The notes beneath the pieces were generated by a model that saw only the letters and a list, made by a program, of their open reading frames with translations, did not search any database and was not told the DNA's origin. Position numbers and translations under genes: made by a program. Of a DNA stretch of 64,000 bases, positions 1 to 9,725 are shown one piece after another; the stretch's first letter is position 1; every line of letters starts with the position of its first letter. The stretch is from positions 6,170 to 70,169 of IMG/VR virus record IMGVR_UViG_3300046490_000164; one strand, written 5' to 3'. Origin of the DNA: a virus.

Positions 1-1
1 A

Positions 2-1156
2 CGCATATCCAACGCGTACGATTTGGTGATGGCCGCCAAGGGAACGATGCCGAGGATGGGGGCAGGGGTGTCCCCCACCTTGGCGATCATGGCTGGGGCC
101 GGGATTGGCCCAAACATGCGAGCGTTCGCTGGGGCTGGTGACCTGTCCCACTACATGGGGGTCGAGAGCCGCACGAAGATGGTAGACGCCGCGACCGAGT
201 CCCTCGGTAAGGCCGGGCTGACCAGTACGACTGTCGGGGTGTTGTCCCAGAACAATCAGATGAGGCAGATCGTGGAGGACATCCTGGCCGGGGGCGACAA
301 GGCCTCCAGGATCATGGAGGGCTTGAACTCCGATTCCGATGCTCTGGCATTCAGCACGACAGGCCTGAAGACACCGGCCGAGCTTACCTCTTTGCGGGCT
401 GTCTTGAAGGATGTGATGAAGGATGGGGGAAAGTTCAACGACATCACGAGCGCGCTGGGTTCGTTCCGAAAGGCGCACGCCGCAGGACAACTGCACATTC
501 TACAGAAGGCGGTCACAGATCAGGGCGTTCTTCTTGGAGGCTCTGACAACAAAGAGGCCCAGGCACTTGGGGCCACTCTGCGAGGGTTCTCGGGAGTACG
601 TAACGAAGACGAATTCACGGCCTGGAACAAGGGTCTCAACTCTCAGCTTGCCGACATTACTGCGCACGCTCGAGGGCTGAAGGGAGAGGCCAGGGCGGCC
701 TACTTGAAGCCGTTCGGGGTGGTTGGGGTCGGGGTTGGCGGAGCCATCACCGGCGGGGAGCGTCTCCACGGGAGGATGTCTCGCAAGGAAGTGGCCGAAG
801 CTTTGGACGTAAGCCCGGACGAGCTAGATCGTATGACCCCTAACCAGCTGCACAAGGGCGAGTACAACTTCGAGGGGGCGGGCGGGCAGAAGCTGGTCAC
901 CGACCTCATCAACACCTTCGGAGGCGACAAGGTAGCACGTAGCTTGGCGCCCGCAGGGAAGAGAGAGGGGTCGGAGGGGCAGACGGACCAGAAGATGATC
1001 GAAGCTCTCGAGAAGGTATCGAAGTCTGCCGATCTTCAGGTCGCAGTACTGTACGGCATCGCGTATGGCGATGAGAAGTTTGCGAAGAACGCCGCCACGA
1101 TCATGGTCAACAATCGACCGCAGTCTGGGTACGGCGACGCTGGGGCCGGTAAGTAA
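2..1156 (+). CDS. hypothetical protein, probably 5'-truncated by the window edge; Gly-rich segment GVVGVGVGGAITGG
   Basis: 377-aa ORF open from position 2 with no upstream in-frame stop. Codon usage and GC3 match the neighbouring genes. No recognisable motif. Confidence 0.5.
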   Translation, partial: RISNAYDLVMAAKGTMPRMGAGVSPTLAIMAGAGIGPNMRAFAGAGDLSHYMGVESRTKMVDAATESLGKAGLTSTTVGVLSQNNQMRQIVEDILAGGDKASRIMEGLNSDSDALAFSTTGLKTPAELTSLRAVLKDVMKDGGKFNDITSALGSFRKAHAAGQLHILQKAVTDQGVLLGGSDNKEAQALGATLRGFSGVRNEDEFTAWNKGLNSQLADITAHARGLKGEARAAYLKPFGVVGVGVGGAITGGERLHGRMSRKEVAEALDVSPDELDRMTPNQLHKGEYNFEGAGGQKLVTDLINTFGGDKVARSLAPAGKREGSEGQTDQKMIEALEKVSKSADLQVAVLYGIAYGDEKFAKNAATIMVNNRPQSGYGDAGAGK

Positions 1157-1171
1157 CCCCTAAGGGATCCC

Positions 1172-1381
1172 ATGGGACTTCGACGCGAAAGCACCGCGGT
1201 TACGACTGTCAACGGTCGCCAGATGACCGTGAAGCTCATCGACAACCCCAACGTTGACGACATCGTGTCCACGGAGATGCAGGTGCAGGCCTACTTCGTT
1301 GCCACCAAGACGAGCGACACTGCGCGTAAGGTGAGCTACGACATCCGTGACTACCTCATCCGTCTTGGAGTGGAGCGGTGA
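1172..1381 (+). CDS. small hypothetical protein (69 aa)
   Basis: ORF in the gap between flanking genes. Its end overlaps the next start by 4 nt (ATGA-type coupling). Confidence 0.4.
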   Translation: MGLRRESTAVTTVNGRQMTVKLIDNPNVDDIVSTEMQVQAYFVATKTSDTARKVSYDIRDYLIRLGVER

Positions 1382-2796
1382 CTACCTACGCGCAGGTCAT
1401 CCCGAACCGCTTCGACACCGCGGCTGCTGGGGCCGTCTCCGAGACGAAGGCCGCTTCTGGGGCTAGTGTCAGGACGGTACGACGCCCAACGCGAGGCATC
1501 ACACTCAAGGAAGACACCTTCGCAACCCTTCGCCTGGTGGCCGGCTCCGGGTCGAACCGGAAGCTCATCGACGCAGGTGGGAGAAGGATGGAGGTCGACT
1601 CCTCCGGTACCGCCAAGTACATGGAGATCGGTAACCGTAGGGCTACCGACGTCTACTCGAACTTTCTCCTCCAGGCCATCAACGAGGACCGCTCCGAGAA
1701 GTTCCAAATCCTCGAGACCTTCGGTGAGCCGTACATCTTCCTCTTCGGCCAGCGCGCCAGGATGATGAGCTTCCAGGGCGTCCTCATCAACACCTGGGAC
1801 TTCAACTGGGAAGCGGAGTGGTGGGAGAACTACGATCTCTACCTGCGAGGAACGAAGTGCGTCGAGCAGGACTCCCAGGTCTACCTGTCCTTCGACAACA
1901 CGGTGGTGGGCGGCTACATCGTCCAGGCTTCCGCCACCAAGGATGCGGTGAACCGGAACCTCGTCAACTTCCAGTTCCAGATGTTCGTCACCACCTACTC
2001 GAACTACTCATCCGTCGGGGATCCCACAGCCCTGCCGGTCAGTGAGCGGGACGCCGCTGACGGGAACATGGCTCCCATGGATGTGACTCGAAAGATAACT
2101 GCCGCCGAGCTGGCGCAGTACCGCCCGGAGCTCATCAACCCATTCAACACACCGGACAGGGCGATCGTCGACCCGGTCACTGGGGAGCTGACGTACGTCA
2201 TCAATCCACTGACGGGCAAGACGGTGAAGACCTTGGCGGATGCCCTCCAGGATCTGTCTCCTAGTCGCATCGTGAAGGCGTGGCAGTCGGTGGCAGACAT
2301 CACGAACTCCGCCATCAGCGATGCGAGTGGGATCCTCAACGGCACGGTGATGAGGGTACCGTACGGCTTCGCCGGCTCAATGGTCTACGACGAGGCTGAC
2401 CAGGCTGCGGTGGCGCGAGCTGTGGAGGTCGGCGGGACGGTCACGTATACGACCTTCAGCGACAATGATGATGAGTACGTCGGGTCCTCTGACCACTACG
2501 GGACTTCCAACATTCGTTGGGAGGGCATGTCTCAGTCGGAGTCCGATCAGACGACGGATGCCGTCAACTCCACTCTTCGGGCCGCGCAGATCTGGAACGA
2601 CTTCGGGTACGACCCGGCCTCCACAGCGGCGCAGCAAGAGCTTGCCCGAGTCCTGTCAGCCGCGAAGCTCGGGCTGACATTGGTCACAGGTGTCGGCGCC
2701 GTCGTCGGAGGGTTGGCAGGCGGCATGACCGGTACGAAGGACTTGTCTGCTACCAGTGCCGTGACGCGGCTACCACTCCCTGCCCCACCGAGGTAG
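1378..2796 (+). CDS. hypothetical protein (472 aa) with a C-terminal hydrophobic Gly-rich segment (possible transmembrane anchor)
   Basis: Long ORF. The C-terminus LTLVTGVGAVVGGLAGGMTG is hydrophobic. No family recognised. Confidence 0.55.
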   Translation: MTTYAQVIPNRFDTAAAGAVSETKAASGASVRTVRRPTRGITLKEDTFATLRLVAGSGSNRKLIDAGGRRMEVDSSGTAKYMEIGNRRATDVYSNFLLQAINEDRSEKFQILETFGEPYIFLFGQRARMMSFQGVLINTWDFNWEAEWWENYDLYLRGTKCVEQDSQVYLSFDNTVVGGYIVQASATKDAVNRNLVNFQFQMFVTTYSNYSSVGDPTALPVSERDAADGNMAPMDVTRKITAAELAQYRPELINPFNTPDRAIVDPVTGELTYVINPLTGKTVKTLADALQDLSPSRIVKAWQSVADITNSAISDASGILNGTVMRVPYGFAGSMVYDEADQAAVARAVEVGGTVTYTTFSDNDDEYVGSSDHYGTSNIRWEGMSQSESDQTTDAVNSTLRAAQIWNDFGYDPASTAAQQELARVLSAAKLGLTLVTGVGAVVGGLAGGMTGTKDLSATSAVTRLPLPAPPR

Positions 2797-2799
2797 AAC

Positions 2800-5700
2800 T
2801 TGAGCGCCGTCGCCAAGCCGCTGCATCTCCGTCTGTTCCTGGAGGGGGTAGAGGTGCCTGTGGTGTCTGCACAGGTGACTGTCAACATCAACTCCCCCGC
2901 AGCCGCGGCCATCCAGGTCGTCCCGCTCGACGAGGGGCAACTGCTACGGCCCAGAACGATGGTCCACCTATTCTTCCTCGATACACGGACACGTATCGAT
3001 GGGGGAGGCGGCGTCGGAACGTTGGGGGACTACAAACTTCTCTTCTCTGGGGAGACGATCGGTCTGGCGGTCCAGCAGACACCACAGTCCAGAGGGTTGA
3101 TTCTCCAGTGCGTCGACTTCTCGAGCTACTGGGATACGGCGCACGCCACCACCGTGGAGTACGGTCTCAACGGTAACCTGTTCAACAACCTCAGCTCCCT
3201 GCATGGGGGCTCTGACGCCCACTTCGACGACATCGTCAGCACCCAAGCCGACAAGCTTGTGAAGTGGATACACCAGGCGCCGCTCACCGAGGGGCTCAGC
3301 ACCGTCTCAGGACTGGCCGGTGGGATCATCAGTATGCTGGAGGCCATGGGCGGGGTGTCTCCTCACTTCGTAGGGGTGAACGATTTCTTCACGGTTGCGG
3401 AATTGCGCTGCCGCATTCTGAACCAGATCACAGCCGAAGAGCACGACGACACCGCGACGAATTTGCTTAGTGTCCAAGTCTTCGGAGACTGGCTCCGCAA
3501 CGGTCTCCACAACATCGGCCAGCAGGTGACGTTCCGTGACATCATGAAGTTGCTGTTCCAGTACATCCACTACGATGTGATCCCCAATCCTGCGGCCAAG
3601 TTCGTCGACAGCACAGATGCGAAGTCCACGACAACCGTCAAGGGGCAGACGTACGAGGTCGGTAAGTCTCCATCCATCGTGTCCATCAGTAAGACGTTGG
3701 ACGACCACATCTCCTACCTTCAGCACCAGACCGCATCTCCTACAGACAACATCCCTAGCATCGTAGGGATAGCGACCAACATCTCTGCGGAGCTGGGCAA
3801 GGCCATCACCACGCTCACCGCTCTTGCGGCCTCGAATGCCAGCGCAGCCTCTTCCGCGACGCGTGTGAAGGACTACCTCCAGAGTGCCAAGAGCACGGTC
3901 GATAAGCTGAAGAACGGAGACACTACGTCGTGGTCTCCGTTCGGGCCGGCTCTCGTAGACCTCATCCAGGCCCGTAACGCGCTCGGTGCGATGTCGGGAA
4001 CGACCAAGTCGGCCGATCGAACCGTATCTGACGCACGAAGTCAGCAACTGCACACTCAGATCATCCGTCCTGATTGCTGGTTTGCTCCCCCGCCGGTCTG
4101 CAACGTCATCTTCCCAGAGCAGTACACGCAGTTCACCTTCGATCGTAACTACGTTAGCGAGGTGACGCGGTCCTTGGTCATGGTCTATCCATGGCTTGTG
4201 GGCCCAGACGCTTTGATTGCTGAGAGATTCTTGGCCCCGAACATCGGGTTCCCGGGTACCGATCTGGAGGGCAAGTATCTCGAGGGCGCGCACAAGGTGG
4301 TAGGGCGGGAAGACAGTTACCGAGTCTTGATGAAGCACGAACGCCACATCGGCATCATCGCCAGGTCTGAGTGGCTTTCCAACGTGTCGGCCGGGGCGTC
4401 CAAGTTGGATCCTGGCTCGAAGGACTCACTCAAGCATGGAAGATTGTTGTGGGCAGAACGTGTGGCGCTGTTCCAATTCTTCAAGTACCGATTCGCCCCG
4501 CGCATCCTCAACGTCAGTGGCCGCTTCAACCCCGGGCTGGTGTGTGGGTTCCCTGGCGCTGTCATTCGGGCGCCTTACCGTCCCACACAGCCTGCCTCGT
4601 ATTCGGAGACCGATGCCCTGGACTTCGCTCTGGGGCACGCTGCCGAACTGGGGGCCCCTTCGCATTTCGTAGGCATGATCTCCTCTGTCATGCATTCCGT
4701 AGATCAGAACGGCGGCAACTCGTCGGTAGCTATGCATCACGTTCGTCAGCACAACGGTGTTGACGACGAGTTTCTTGGCGTCATGCAAAGCGTCAAGCAG
4801 CCATCCACGACGAAGGTCGTCAAGGTCGTCCTGCGGTGGGCCGATCTATCGGACAAGGATGTGAAGCTCCGTAAGCTCATGGAGGACGTCACCCCGCAGG
4901 GGTCCGACTCCCTCTCCAAGTCTTCCAGCTCGAGCTCGTCGGTCAAGGTCGTAACCTCCTCTGCTCCGATCGTCTCGGTCGACCCGACGTCTGGTGGTCT
5001 CTCAAACTCGACGCTCCAGAGCACCCACACGATTGTCCAAGAGACAGACGCCCCTCCGACTCTGACGGCTCCCACCCTCACAGCACGATCGCGTCTTCGC
5101 GATGTCGGAGACAGCGTGCTCGTGCCGAGCCCAAATGGCAGGATAGCGGCTGGCGATGTCGGTAAGGGGTTCTTCCCGGGCAGCACCTTGGTCGGAGTCG
5201 AGGTGTTGGGAGATGGATCTTCCGACGTCGATCCGACTACCGGACGGCGACACTTCGCAGCGGTGGCCCTCTACGAGAGGGTAGTGGTGCCGATCACCAG
5301 CAACCTTCCGGTGGAAGAGATCATCAGACCCACCTCCTGGTTCTCCCCCAAGTACTCCAACACGAGAGTTGGCTCGGAGATCTACGAGCCATTCTTCGGG
5401 TGCGCATCCGTAATTGATGGACTTACGGCCTCAACAGGAGGTCCCGCGTCGCCTACGACTACGACAGTTGCCCCGAAGTCAGGGTCCGACAGCAAGGACC
5501 TGTCCACAGACCCAAAGGCAAGCTTGTCCTTCGTCTCCGCGGTAGAGGCCTCCAAGCTCGTGTTCACGATCGAAAGGGCGCTGAACTCTGTCGCGTACAT
5601 CTACGGGAAGGTGAAGACCGCTGGCATGGACGTGGATGCCTTTATCTCGCAGTACAACTCTCGATCCATCGCCACCCTACGTCAGATGTTCGGAGATCTG

Positions 5701-5988
5701 GACTCTCTATCGTTCGACATTGCCGGCGATGGGTCTGTGTCGGTAGAGCCTACTGCCGATGGGTCGACGCCTTCCATTGGCTTCCACACAATGGCCATCC
5801 ATCCACAGCTGGTACAGCACAGCCGGCTGGCTGGTCTGATGGATGACCCCACGCTGCCTCTCAAGCGCATCAACGAGGACGGGGCCGCCTCTGCCGTGCC
5901 ACCTGCGTACGACGTGAGGTCCGAGAAGTACGAGCGTGTCATGACGTATCTCGTGGCTCTCAAGAAGGGCCCGGCCTTCGTAGGTTAG
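2800..5988 (+). CDS. large hypothetical virion-associated protein (1062 aa)
   Basis: 3.2-kb ORF. A GAGGT Shine-Dalgarno-like motif lies 7 nt upstream of the TTG start at 2800. Carries a serine run SSSSSSSVKVV. No catalytic motif recognised. Confidence 0.6.
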   Translation: MSAVAKPLHLRLFLEGVEVPVVSAQVTVNINSPAAAAIQVVPLDEGQLLRPRTMVHLFFLDTRTRIDGGGGVGTLGDYKLLFSGETIGLAVQQTPQSRGLILQCVDFSSYWDTAHATTVEYGLNGNLFNNLSSLHGGSDAHFDDIVSTQADKLVKWIHQAPLTEGLSTVSGLAGGIISMLEAMGGVSPHFVGVNDFFTVAELRCRILNQITAEEHDDTATNLLSVQVFGDWLRNGLHNIGQQVTFRDIMKLLFQYIHYDVIPNPAAKFVDSTDAKSTTTVKGQTYEVGKSPSIVSISKTLDDHISYLQHQTASPTDNIPSIVGIATNISAELGKAITTLTALAASNASAASSATRVKDYLQSAKSTVDKLKNGDTTSWSPFGPALVDLIQARNALGAMSGTTKSADRTVSDARSQQLHTQIIRPDCWFAPPPVCNVIFPEQYTQFTFDRNYVSEVTRSLVMVYPWLVGPDALIAERFLAPNIGFPGTDLEGKYLEGAHKVVGREDSYRVLMKHERHIGIIARSEWLSNVSAGASKLDPGSKDSLKHGRLLWAERVALFQFFKYRFAPRILNVSGRFNPGLVCGFPGAVIRAPYRPTQPASYSETDALDFALGHAAELGAPSHFVGMISSVMHSVDQNGGNSSVAMHHVRQHNGVDDEFLGVMQSVKQPSTTKVVKVVLRWADLSDKDVKLRKLMEDVTPQGSDSLSKSSSSSSSVKVVTSSAPIVSVDPTSGGLSNSTLQSTHTIVQETDAPPTLTAPTLTARSRLRDVGDSVLVPSPNGRIAAGDVGKGFFPGSTLVGVEVLGDGSSDVDPTTGRRHFAAVALYERVVVPITSNLPVEEIIRPTSWFSPKYSNTRVGSEIYEPFFGCASVIDGLTASTGGPASPTTTTVAPKSGSDSKDLSTDPKASLSFVSAVEASKLVFTIERALNSVAYIYGKVKTAGMDVDAFISQYNSRSIATLRQMFGDLDSLSFDIAGDGSVSVEPTADGSTPSIGFHTMAIHPQLVQHSRLAGLMDDPTLPLKRINEDGAASAVPPAYDVRSEKYERVMTYLVALKKGPAFVG

Positions 5989-6042
5989 CGTTCCCAGAAG
6001 GGTAGCCGCTGGTGTAAGGTTGCGCGACAGGAGGATTCCTAC

Positions 6043-6357
6043 ATGGATTCGAGGATCTGCGAGGCTTTCGGGGACGAGCTCCAGAAGATCTCTGGAGAGA
6101 TGACTGGCGCCACCCGCATCGGCCGGAAGCCCATCTCCGTGGAGAAGATGCTGGAGAACGAGGCGACCGTGACCGGCCTGCCGGAAGAGTTCGTCCAGCA
6201 GACGATGGCGAAGGCTGCGTCCGCCTTCCTGAAGGTGAGCAAGGTCAGCGGCAAGACCCTGGCCGCTGTCGGCGCAGGCGCTGTGGGTGCCCTGACCGCT
6301 CGCCAGGCCAACGAGGACCGGAAGCTCGGTCGCATGGTCCGCAAGCAGCAGCAGTAG
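6043..6357 (+). CDS. hypothetical protein (104 aa)
   Basis: ORF preceded by an AGGAGG Shine-Dalgarno motif at about 6030. Has a hydrophobic AVGAGAVGALTA segment. Confidence 0.45.
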   Translation: MDSRICEAFGDELQKISGEMTGATRIGRKPISVEKMLENEATVTGLPEEFVQQTMAKAASAFLKVSKVSGKTLAAVGAGAVGALTARQANEDRKLGRMVRKQQQ

Positions 6358-6365
6358 GAGCCGCC

Positions 6366-7037
6366 GTGGACAGTGGCCTGGTGTACGCCAGCATGTTCGA
6401 CGAGCTCGAGAAGCTGGCGGAGATCAGCCTTGCCGGGCTCTCCCCGCAGCGTGCCCTAGAGTCGGGTGCCCACGCGATGCCCATGGAGACCTCTGGCTAC
6501 GACAAGGCCGTCTCCATCCTGAACAGAGCCCAGGCGTCCCCTGTGGTGCCCCAGGTGAAGACGGCCGCCCCTCGAGTGCCCTTCAACGCCGACCTCCCGG
6601 CCATCAACAGCTTCACCGGTGCCAAGAAGCGCAAGAAGCGCAAGCACGAGGTCGCGGTGGAGCGGGGCAAGAGTCTCGCCGGCCACACCCTCGGCGGCAT
6701 GGGCATCGGCCGGCTGGTCGGTGAGATGTCCCACGGCCCGAAGGTCCCGATGGCCGACGCCGCGCGCCAGGCGCTGCATGGTAAGAGGTGGTGGGGCGCT
6801 GTGGCAGGTGGTAGCATCGGCGTCGGTGAGTTCGTCCGCAAGAGGATCATGGACGCCAAGGAGGCCAAGATGGAGAAGAAGTCCTCCATCCCTGCCATCT
6901 CCTCCCCAGGGCGCGCTCTACAGGCATCGCGGCAAGTCGCCAAGGTGCAGGGACACGGCAGGATGAGCGGTCCCAGTCTTCGCGGTCAGCTCGGCGGTCG
7001 TGTGCTGGGCAGGAAGTTCATCCCTCCAGGAGCATGA
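6366..7037 (+). CDS. hypothetical protein (223 aa) with a basic KKRKKRKHE patch
   Basis: ORF tiled tightly with its neighbours. The Lys/Arg cluster suggests nucleic-acid binding or an internal-protein role; this is inference only. Confidence 0.45.
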   Translation: MDSGLVYASMFDELEKLAEISLAGLSPQRALESGAHAMPMETSGYDKAVSILNRAQASPVVPQVKTAAPRVPFNADLPAINSFTGAKKRKKRKHEVAVERGKSLAGHTLGGMGIGRLVGEMSHGPKVPMADAARQALHGKRWWGAVAGGSIGVGEFVRKRIMDAKEAKMEKKSSIPAISSPGRALQASRQVAKVQGHGRMSGPSLRGQLGGRVLGRKFIPPGA

Positions 7038-7471
7038 GCATGCGCAAGCTGACCAAGACCGGCGGCATCTACGACACCCTCGAGGAGGCCCGTGAGCGCT
7101 TCCACGTCATGGTCTCCACCCGCGAGGACAAGCGCGCCGAGACCGACGCCCTGTTCGAGAACGCCAAGGCCTCCCGGGCCCGCGACCGCGCAGTGGTGAA
7201 CAAGCACTTCGTGCAGGCCCCGGCCGCCGTCACCATGGCGACGAACCTCCAGGCCGAGATGCCGAAGGAGGCGTCGGTCGCCCCGCACTTCGATGCCTGG
7301 CTCGAGAAGAACGCCGGCGCCTTCATGAGCGATGCCCAGAAGCGCTACCCGGAGCTGCTGAAGGTCTCCGGCCTGGAGCAGGGCAAGCTCCCCCAGGCGC
7401 TGTCGAAGGGCAAGGCCGGCGGCGCCAAGCCAACACCGGTGCAGAGCTCCCTCTCGGGCGGCAGCTACTAG
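7034..7471 (+). CDS. hypothetical protein (145 aa)
   Basis: ORF overlapping the previous stop by 4 nt. Confidence 0.45.
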   Translation: MSMRKLTKTGGIYDTLEEARERFHVMVSTREDKRAETDALFENAKASRARDRAVVNKHFVQAPAAVTMATNLQAEMPKEASVAPHFDAWLEKNAGAFMSDAQKRYPELLKVSGLEQGKLPQALSKGKAGGAKPTPVQSSLSGGSY

Positions 7472-7474
7472 TGA

Positions 7475-8338
7475 ATGGAGATGCTTGCAGACACGGCCCA
7501 GGCCGTTGACTGGGTCCTGGACAAGCTCGCCGCGGCACGGCGTACCTCCACACCTGTCATCGGACCGGTCAAGACGGTCGAGCAGAAGAAGCAGGAGCTC
7601 GCGGCGAAGAAGCCGAAGGAGCTAGAGCTCTGGCAGACGTGGAAAGTCGGCGGCATGAAGCCGAAGGACCTCGACCCTCTGCTCAAGAGCTTCTCCAACC
7701 TCATCAACTCCCGCGTCGGCCTCTTCAAGAATCGAGTCGAGATCCCGACCACCGCCATCGAGCACGTTCACAAGAAGGAGTTCGTGAACGCGCTCAAGAC
7801 CTACGACCCGAGCCGTGGGGCGGCGCTGGGCACGCACGTCATGAACCGGCTCCAGAAGGCCGGGCGCTACATCGAGCAGAACAAGAACTTCGCGGTCATT
7901 CCGGAAAACATCTCCAAGTACATCGGCTCCTTCAACGCGGTGAAGTCCGAGCTGCGCGAAAAGCTGGGATACGAGCCTGGGGACTCCGAGATCCACGACC
8001 ACATCCTGGCCACCAACCACCCGAAGCTCGGCGGTCTCGCCCTGCGCGACATCAAGCGCATCAACAAGGAGCAGCGCAAGGGGCTCATCCAGACCGGGCA
8101 CGAGACCGACCTCATCAACACCAACGAGATGGACCCGCGGGAGCAGGAGGTGGCGCAGCTCATCTACCACCAGCTCACCCCGCTCGAGCGGTCGGTGCAT
8201 GAGTACACCTTGGGGCTGAACGGGAAGCCCGTCCTCCGCCCGGGCGCCATCGCCAAGAAGCTGGGGATCGATGGGTCGAAGGTGTCGAAGGTGAAGAAGG
8301 CAGTCTTCGAGAAGATGCGCCCCTACCTAGACACATGA
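7475..8338 (+). CDS. sigma-70 family RNA polymerase sigma factor (phage-encoded)
   Basis: Region 2-like segment FVNALKTYDPSRGAALGTHVMNRLQKAGRYIEQN resembles the canonical ...[21 protein letters not shown]... core-binding/-10 recognition block. The C-terminal helix-turn-helix IAKKLGIDGSKVSKVKKAVFEKMR resembles sigma region 4.2. Confidence 0.6.
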   Translation: MEMLADTAQAVDWVLDKLAAARRTSTPVIGPVKTVEQKKQELAAKKPKELELWQTWKVGGMKPKDLDPLLKSFSNLINSRVGLFKNRVEIPTTAIEHVHKKEFVNALKTYDPSRGAALGTHVMNRLQKAGRYIEQNKNFAVIPENISKYIGSFNAVKSELREKLGYEPGDSEIHDHILATNHPKLGGLALRDIKRINKEQRKGLIQTGHETDLINTNEMDPREQEVAQLIYHQLTPLERSVHEYTLGLNGKPVLRPGAIAKKLGIDGSKVSKVKKAVFEKMRPYLDT

Positions 8339-8550
8339 GCAACGTCGACCTCAGAAACGAGAGACTTCAGAAGCTGCGGGACGCGGCTCGGGCCTACGTG
8401 AAGGCAGAGAAGGATCGTATCGACCAGGAAGTCGCCATCCTACAAGCCGTGTTGGATGGGCGCACCGGAGGGGCCGGTGTGCAGCGCTTCACTGTAGACG
8501 TCGTGAGCGCTGTCGCCCAGAACGACCTGGCAGCCTACCTCTTGGAGTAG
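8335..8550 (+). CDS. small hypothetical protein (71 aa)
   Basis: ORF overlapping the upstream stop by 4 nt. Confidence 0.4.
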   Translation: MSNVDLRNERLQKLRDAARAYVKAEKDRIDQEVAILQAVLDGRTGGAGVQRFTVDVVSAVAQNDLAAYLLE

Positions 8551-8553
8551 CCC

Positions 8554-8865
8554 GTGGAATCATTTATCAAGCTCATCGCGGACACCTGGGGACTTGCGGG
8601 CCTTCTCATCCTGTCCCCGCTCATCGGGATGATCTACCTCTGGAAGGCCAACCTGAAGCTCCAGGCCGACCTCCAGGGGCTGAACGACAAGCGCATCGAC
8701 GACTCCATCAAGACCTCAGACAAGATGCTCGCCATGGTGAAGGAGCAGGCCAGTCTCTCGACCGAGACGAACCTGGCCCTTGACCGCCTGGGGGATGCGC
8801 TGTCCATCCTCCAGAACTCGGGGCGGATCGACCTCGGCCACATCAAGGCTGGACCAAGGGGCTGA
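8554..8865 (+). CDS. small membrane protein (103 aa; one N-terminal transmembrane helix)
   Basis: Hydrophobic stretch GLAGLLILSPLIGMIYLW near the N-terminus. Confidence 0.45.
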   Translation: MESFIKLIADTWGLAGLLILSPLIGMIYLWKANLKLQADLQGLNDKRIDDSIKTSDKMLAMVKEQASLSTETNLALDRLGDALSILQNSGRIDLGHIKAGPRG

Positions 8866-8866
8866 C

Positions 8867-9136
8867 ATGAAGTTCCTGAAGTTCTTCCTACACCGACGGC
8901 GTCCTAGTATCCTCCTGAGGCAGGCCGAGACGAAGCCGGTCTCCTCAGCGATGGCGGCCCCGGTGCAGAGTGGTGGGGGAAGTCCTCAGGCAGATCCCAG
9001 CGGCTCCGTGACTAGCGTGTACGAGGTCGTGGGAAAGGCTTTGGAGCAGGCAACCGAAGAGAAGAAGAAGACCAGGACGGCGGTCCAACGTATCCTCGAT
9101 ATCGTGGCCCCGCCCGCCAACACCACCAAGCGTTGA
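8867..9136 (+). CDS. small hypothetical protein (89 aa), basic N-terminus
   Basis: The ATG lies 2 nt after the previous stop. The longer track ORF 8780..9136 overlaps the preceding gene and was trimmed to this ATG. Confidence 0.35.
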   Translation: MKFLKFFLHRRRPSILLRQAETKPVSSAMAAPVQSGGGSPQADPSGSVTSVYEVVGKALEQATEEKKKTRTAVQRILDIVAPPANTTKR

Positions 9137-9146
9137 GGAGACAACG

Positions 9147-9692
9147 ATGCGGCTTCCGAACGGCGATGCGGTGATGAAGTGGAACGGAAGGTTCGACCTG
9201 GAGTGGTGCATCGGCGGGAAGATCTTCCACGACCAGGCACAGAACCAGGTCTACGACCAGGGCGAGCAGGACATCCTCGAGACCTTCTTCCGCGCCGCCA
9301 CAGCCCCAACCGGCTTCTACCTCGGCCTCCTGAAGACGACCTACGTCATCAACGAGCCCGATACGATGACGACCATCGGACCGGCGGAACTCACCAACGC
9401 CACTGCGAGCGGCTACACTGCCCGTCAGGCAGTGTCCCGCGACGCCATCGGGTGGCCAACCTCTGCCCCGTCGGGAGGCGACTGGCAGGTCACTTCCCTC
9501 CAGGTGACATGGACGGCTGGCGGCGCCTGGACCGACACTGCCGGCTTCCTCTTCCTCATGAGCGGCGGAGTCGCAACTCCTGGCAACACGGCCAGCGGGC
9601 GCGTCATCGCCGTGGCGAATCTCTCGCCTACTCGTCAGCTCCAGGCCAATGGCGATACCTTGAAGGTCACCTACTCGCTGAAGCTGCAATAG
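9147..9692 (+). CDS. putative virion structural protein, paralog A (181 aa)
   Basis: GAGGAG Shine-Dalgarno motif upstream. The C-terminal block ...GDTLKVTYSLKLQ is paralogous to the C-terminus of the next gene, ...GNTLNVTYTHTFS. Confidence 0.5.
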   Translation: MRLPNGDAVMKWNGRFDLEWCIGGKIFHDQAQNQVYDQGEQDILETFFRAATAPTGFYLGLLKTTYVINEPDTMTTIGPAELTNATASGYTARQAVSRDAIGWPTSAPSGGDWQVTSLQVTWTAGGAWTDTAGFLFLMSGGVATPGNTASGRVIAVANLSPTRQLQANGDTLKVTYSLKLQ

Positions 9693-9725
9693 CTTCAAGT
9701 GCTTCGCATACAAGGAGAACACGAC

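Noticed and set aside
3307-4347. 346-aa ORF on the minus strand inside the 2800..5988 gene. The same pattern applies to 12449..14446 (665 aa), 21832..24021 (729 aa), 24226..25797 (523 aa), 10573..11919 (448 aa), 9774..10814 (346 aa) and 9012..9722 (236 aa).
   Set aside because: These are antisense or off-frame ORFs typical of high-GC DNA, Arg/Gly/Pro/Ala-rich with low complexity. Each lies entirely within a much longer, motif-bearing ORF on the other strand.
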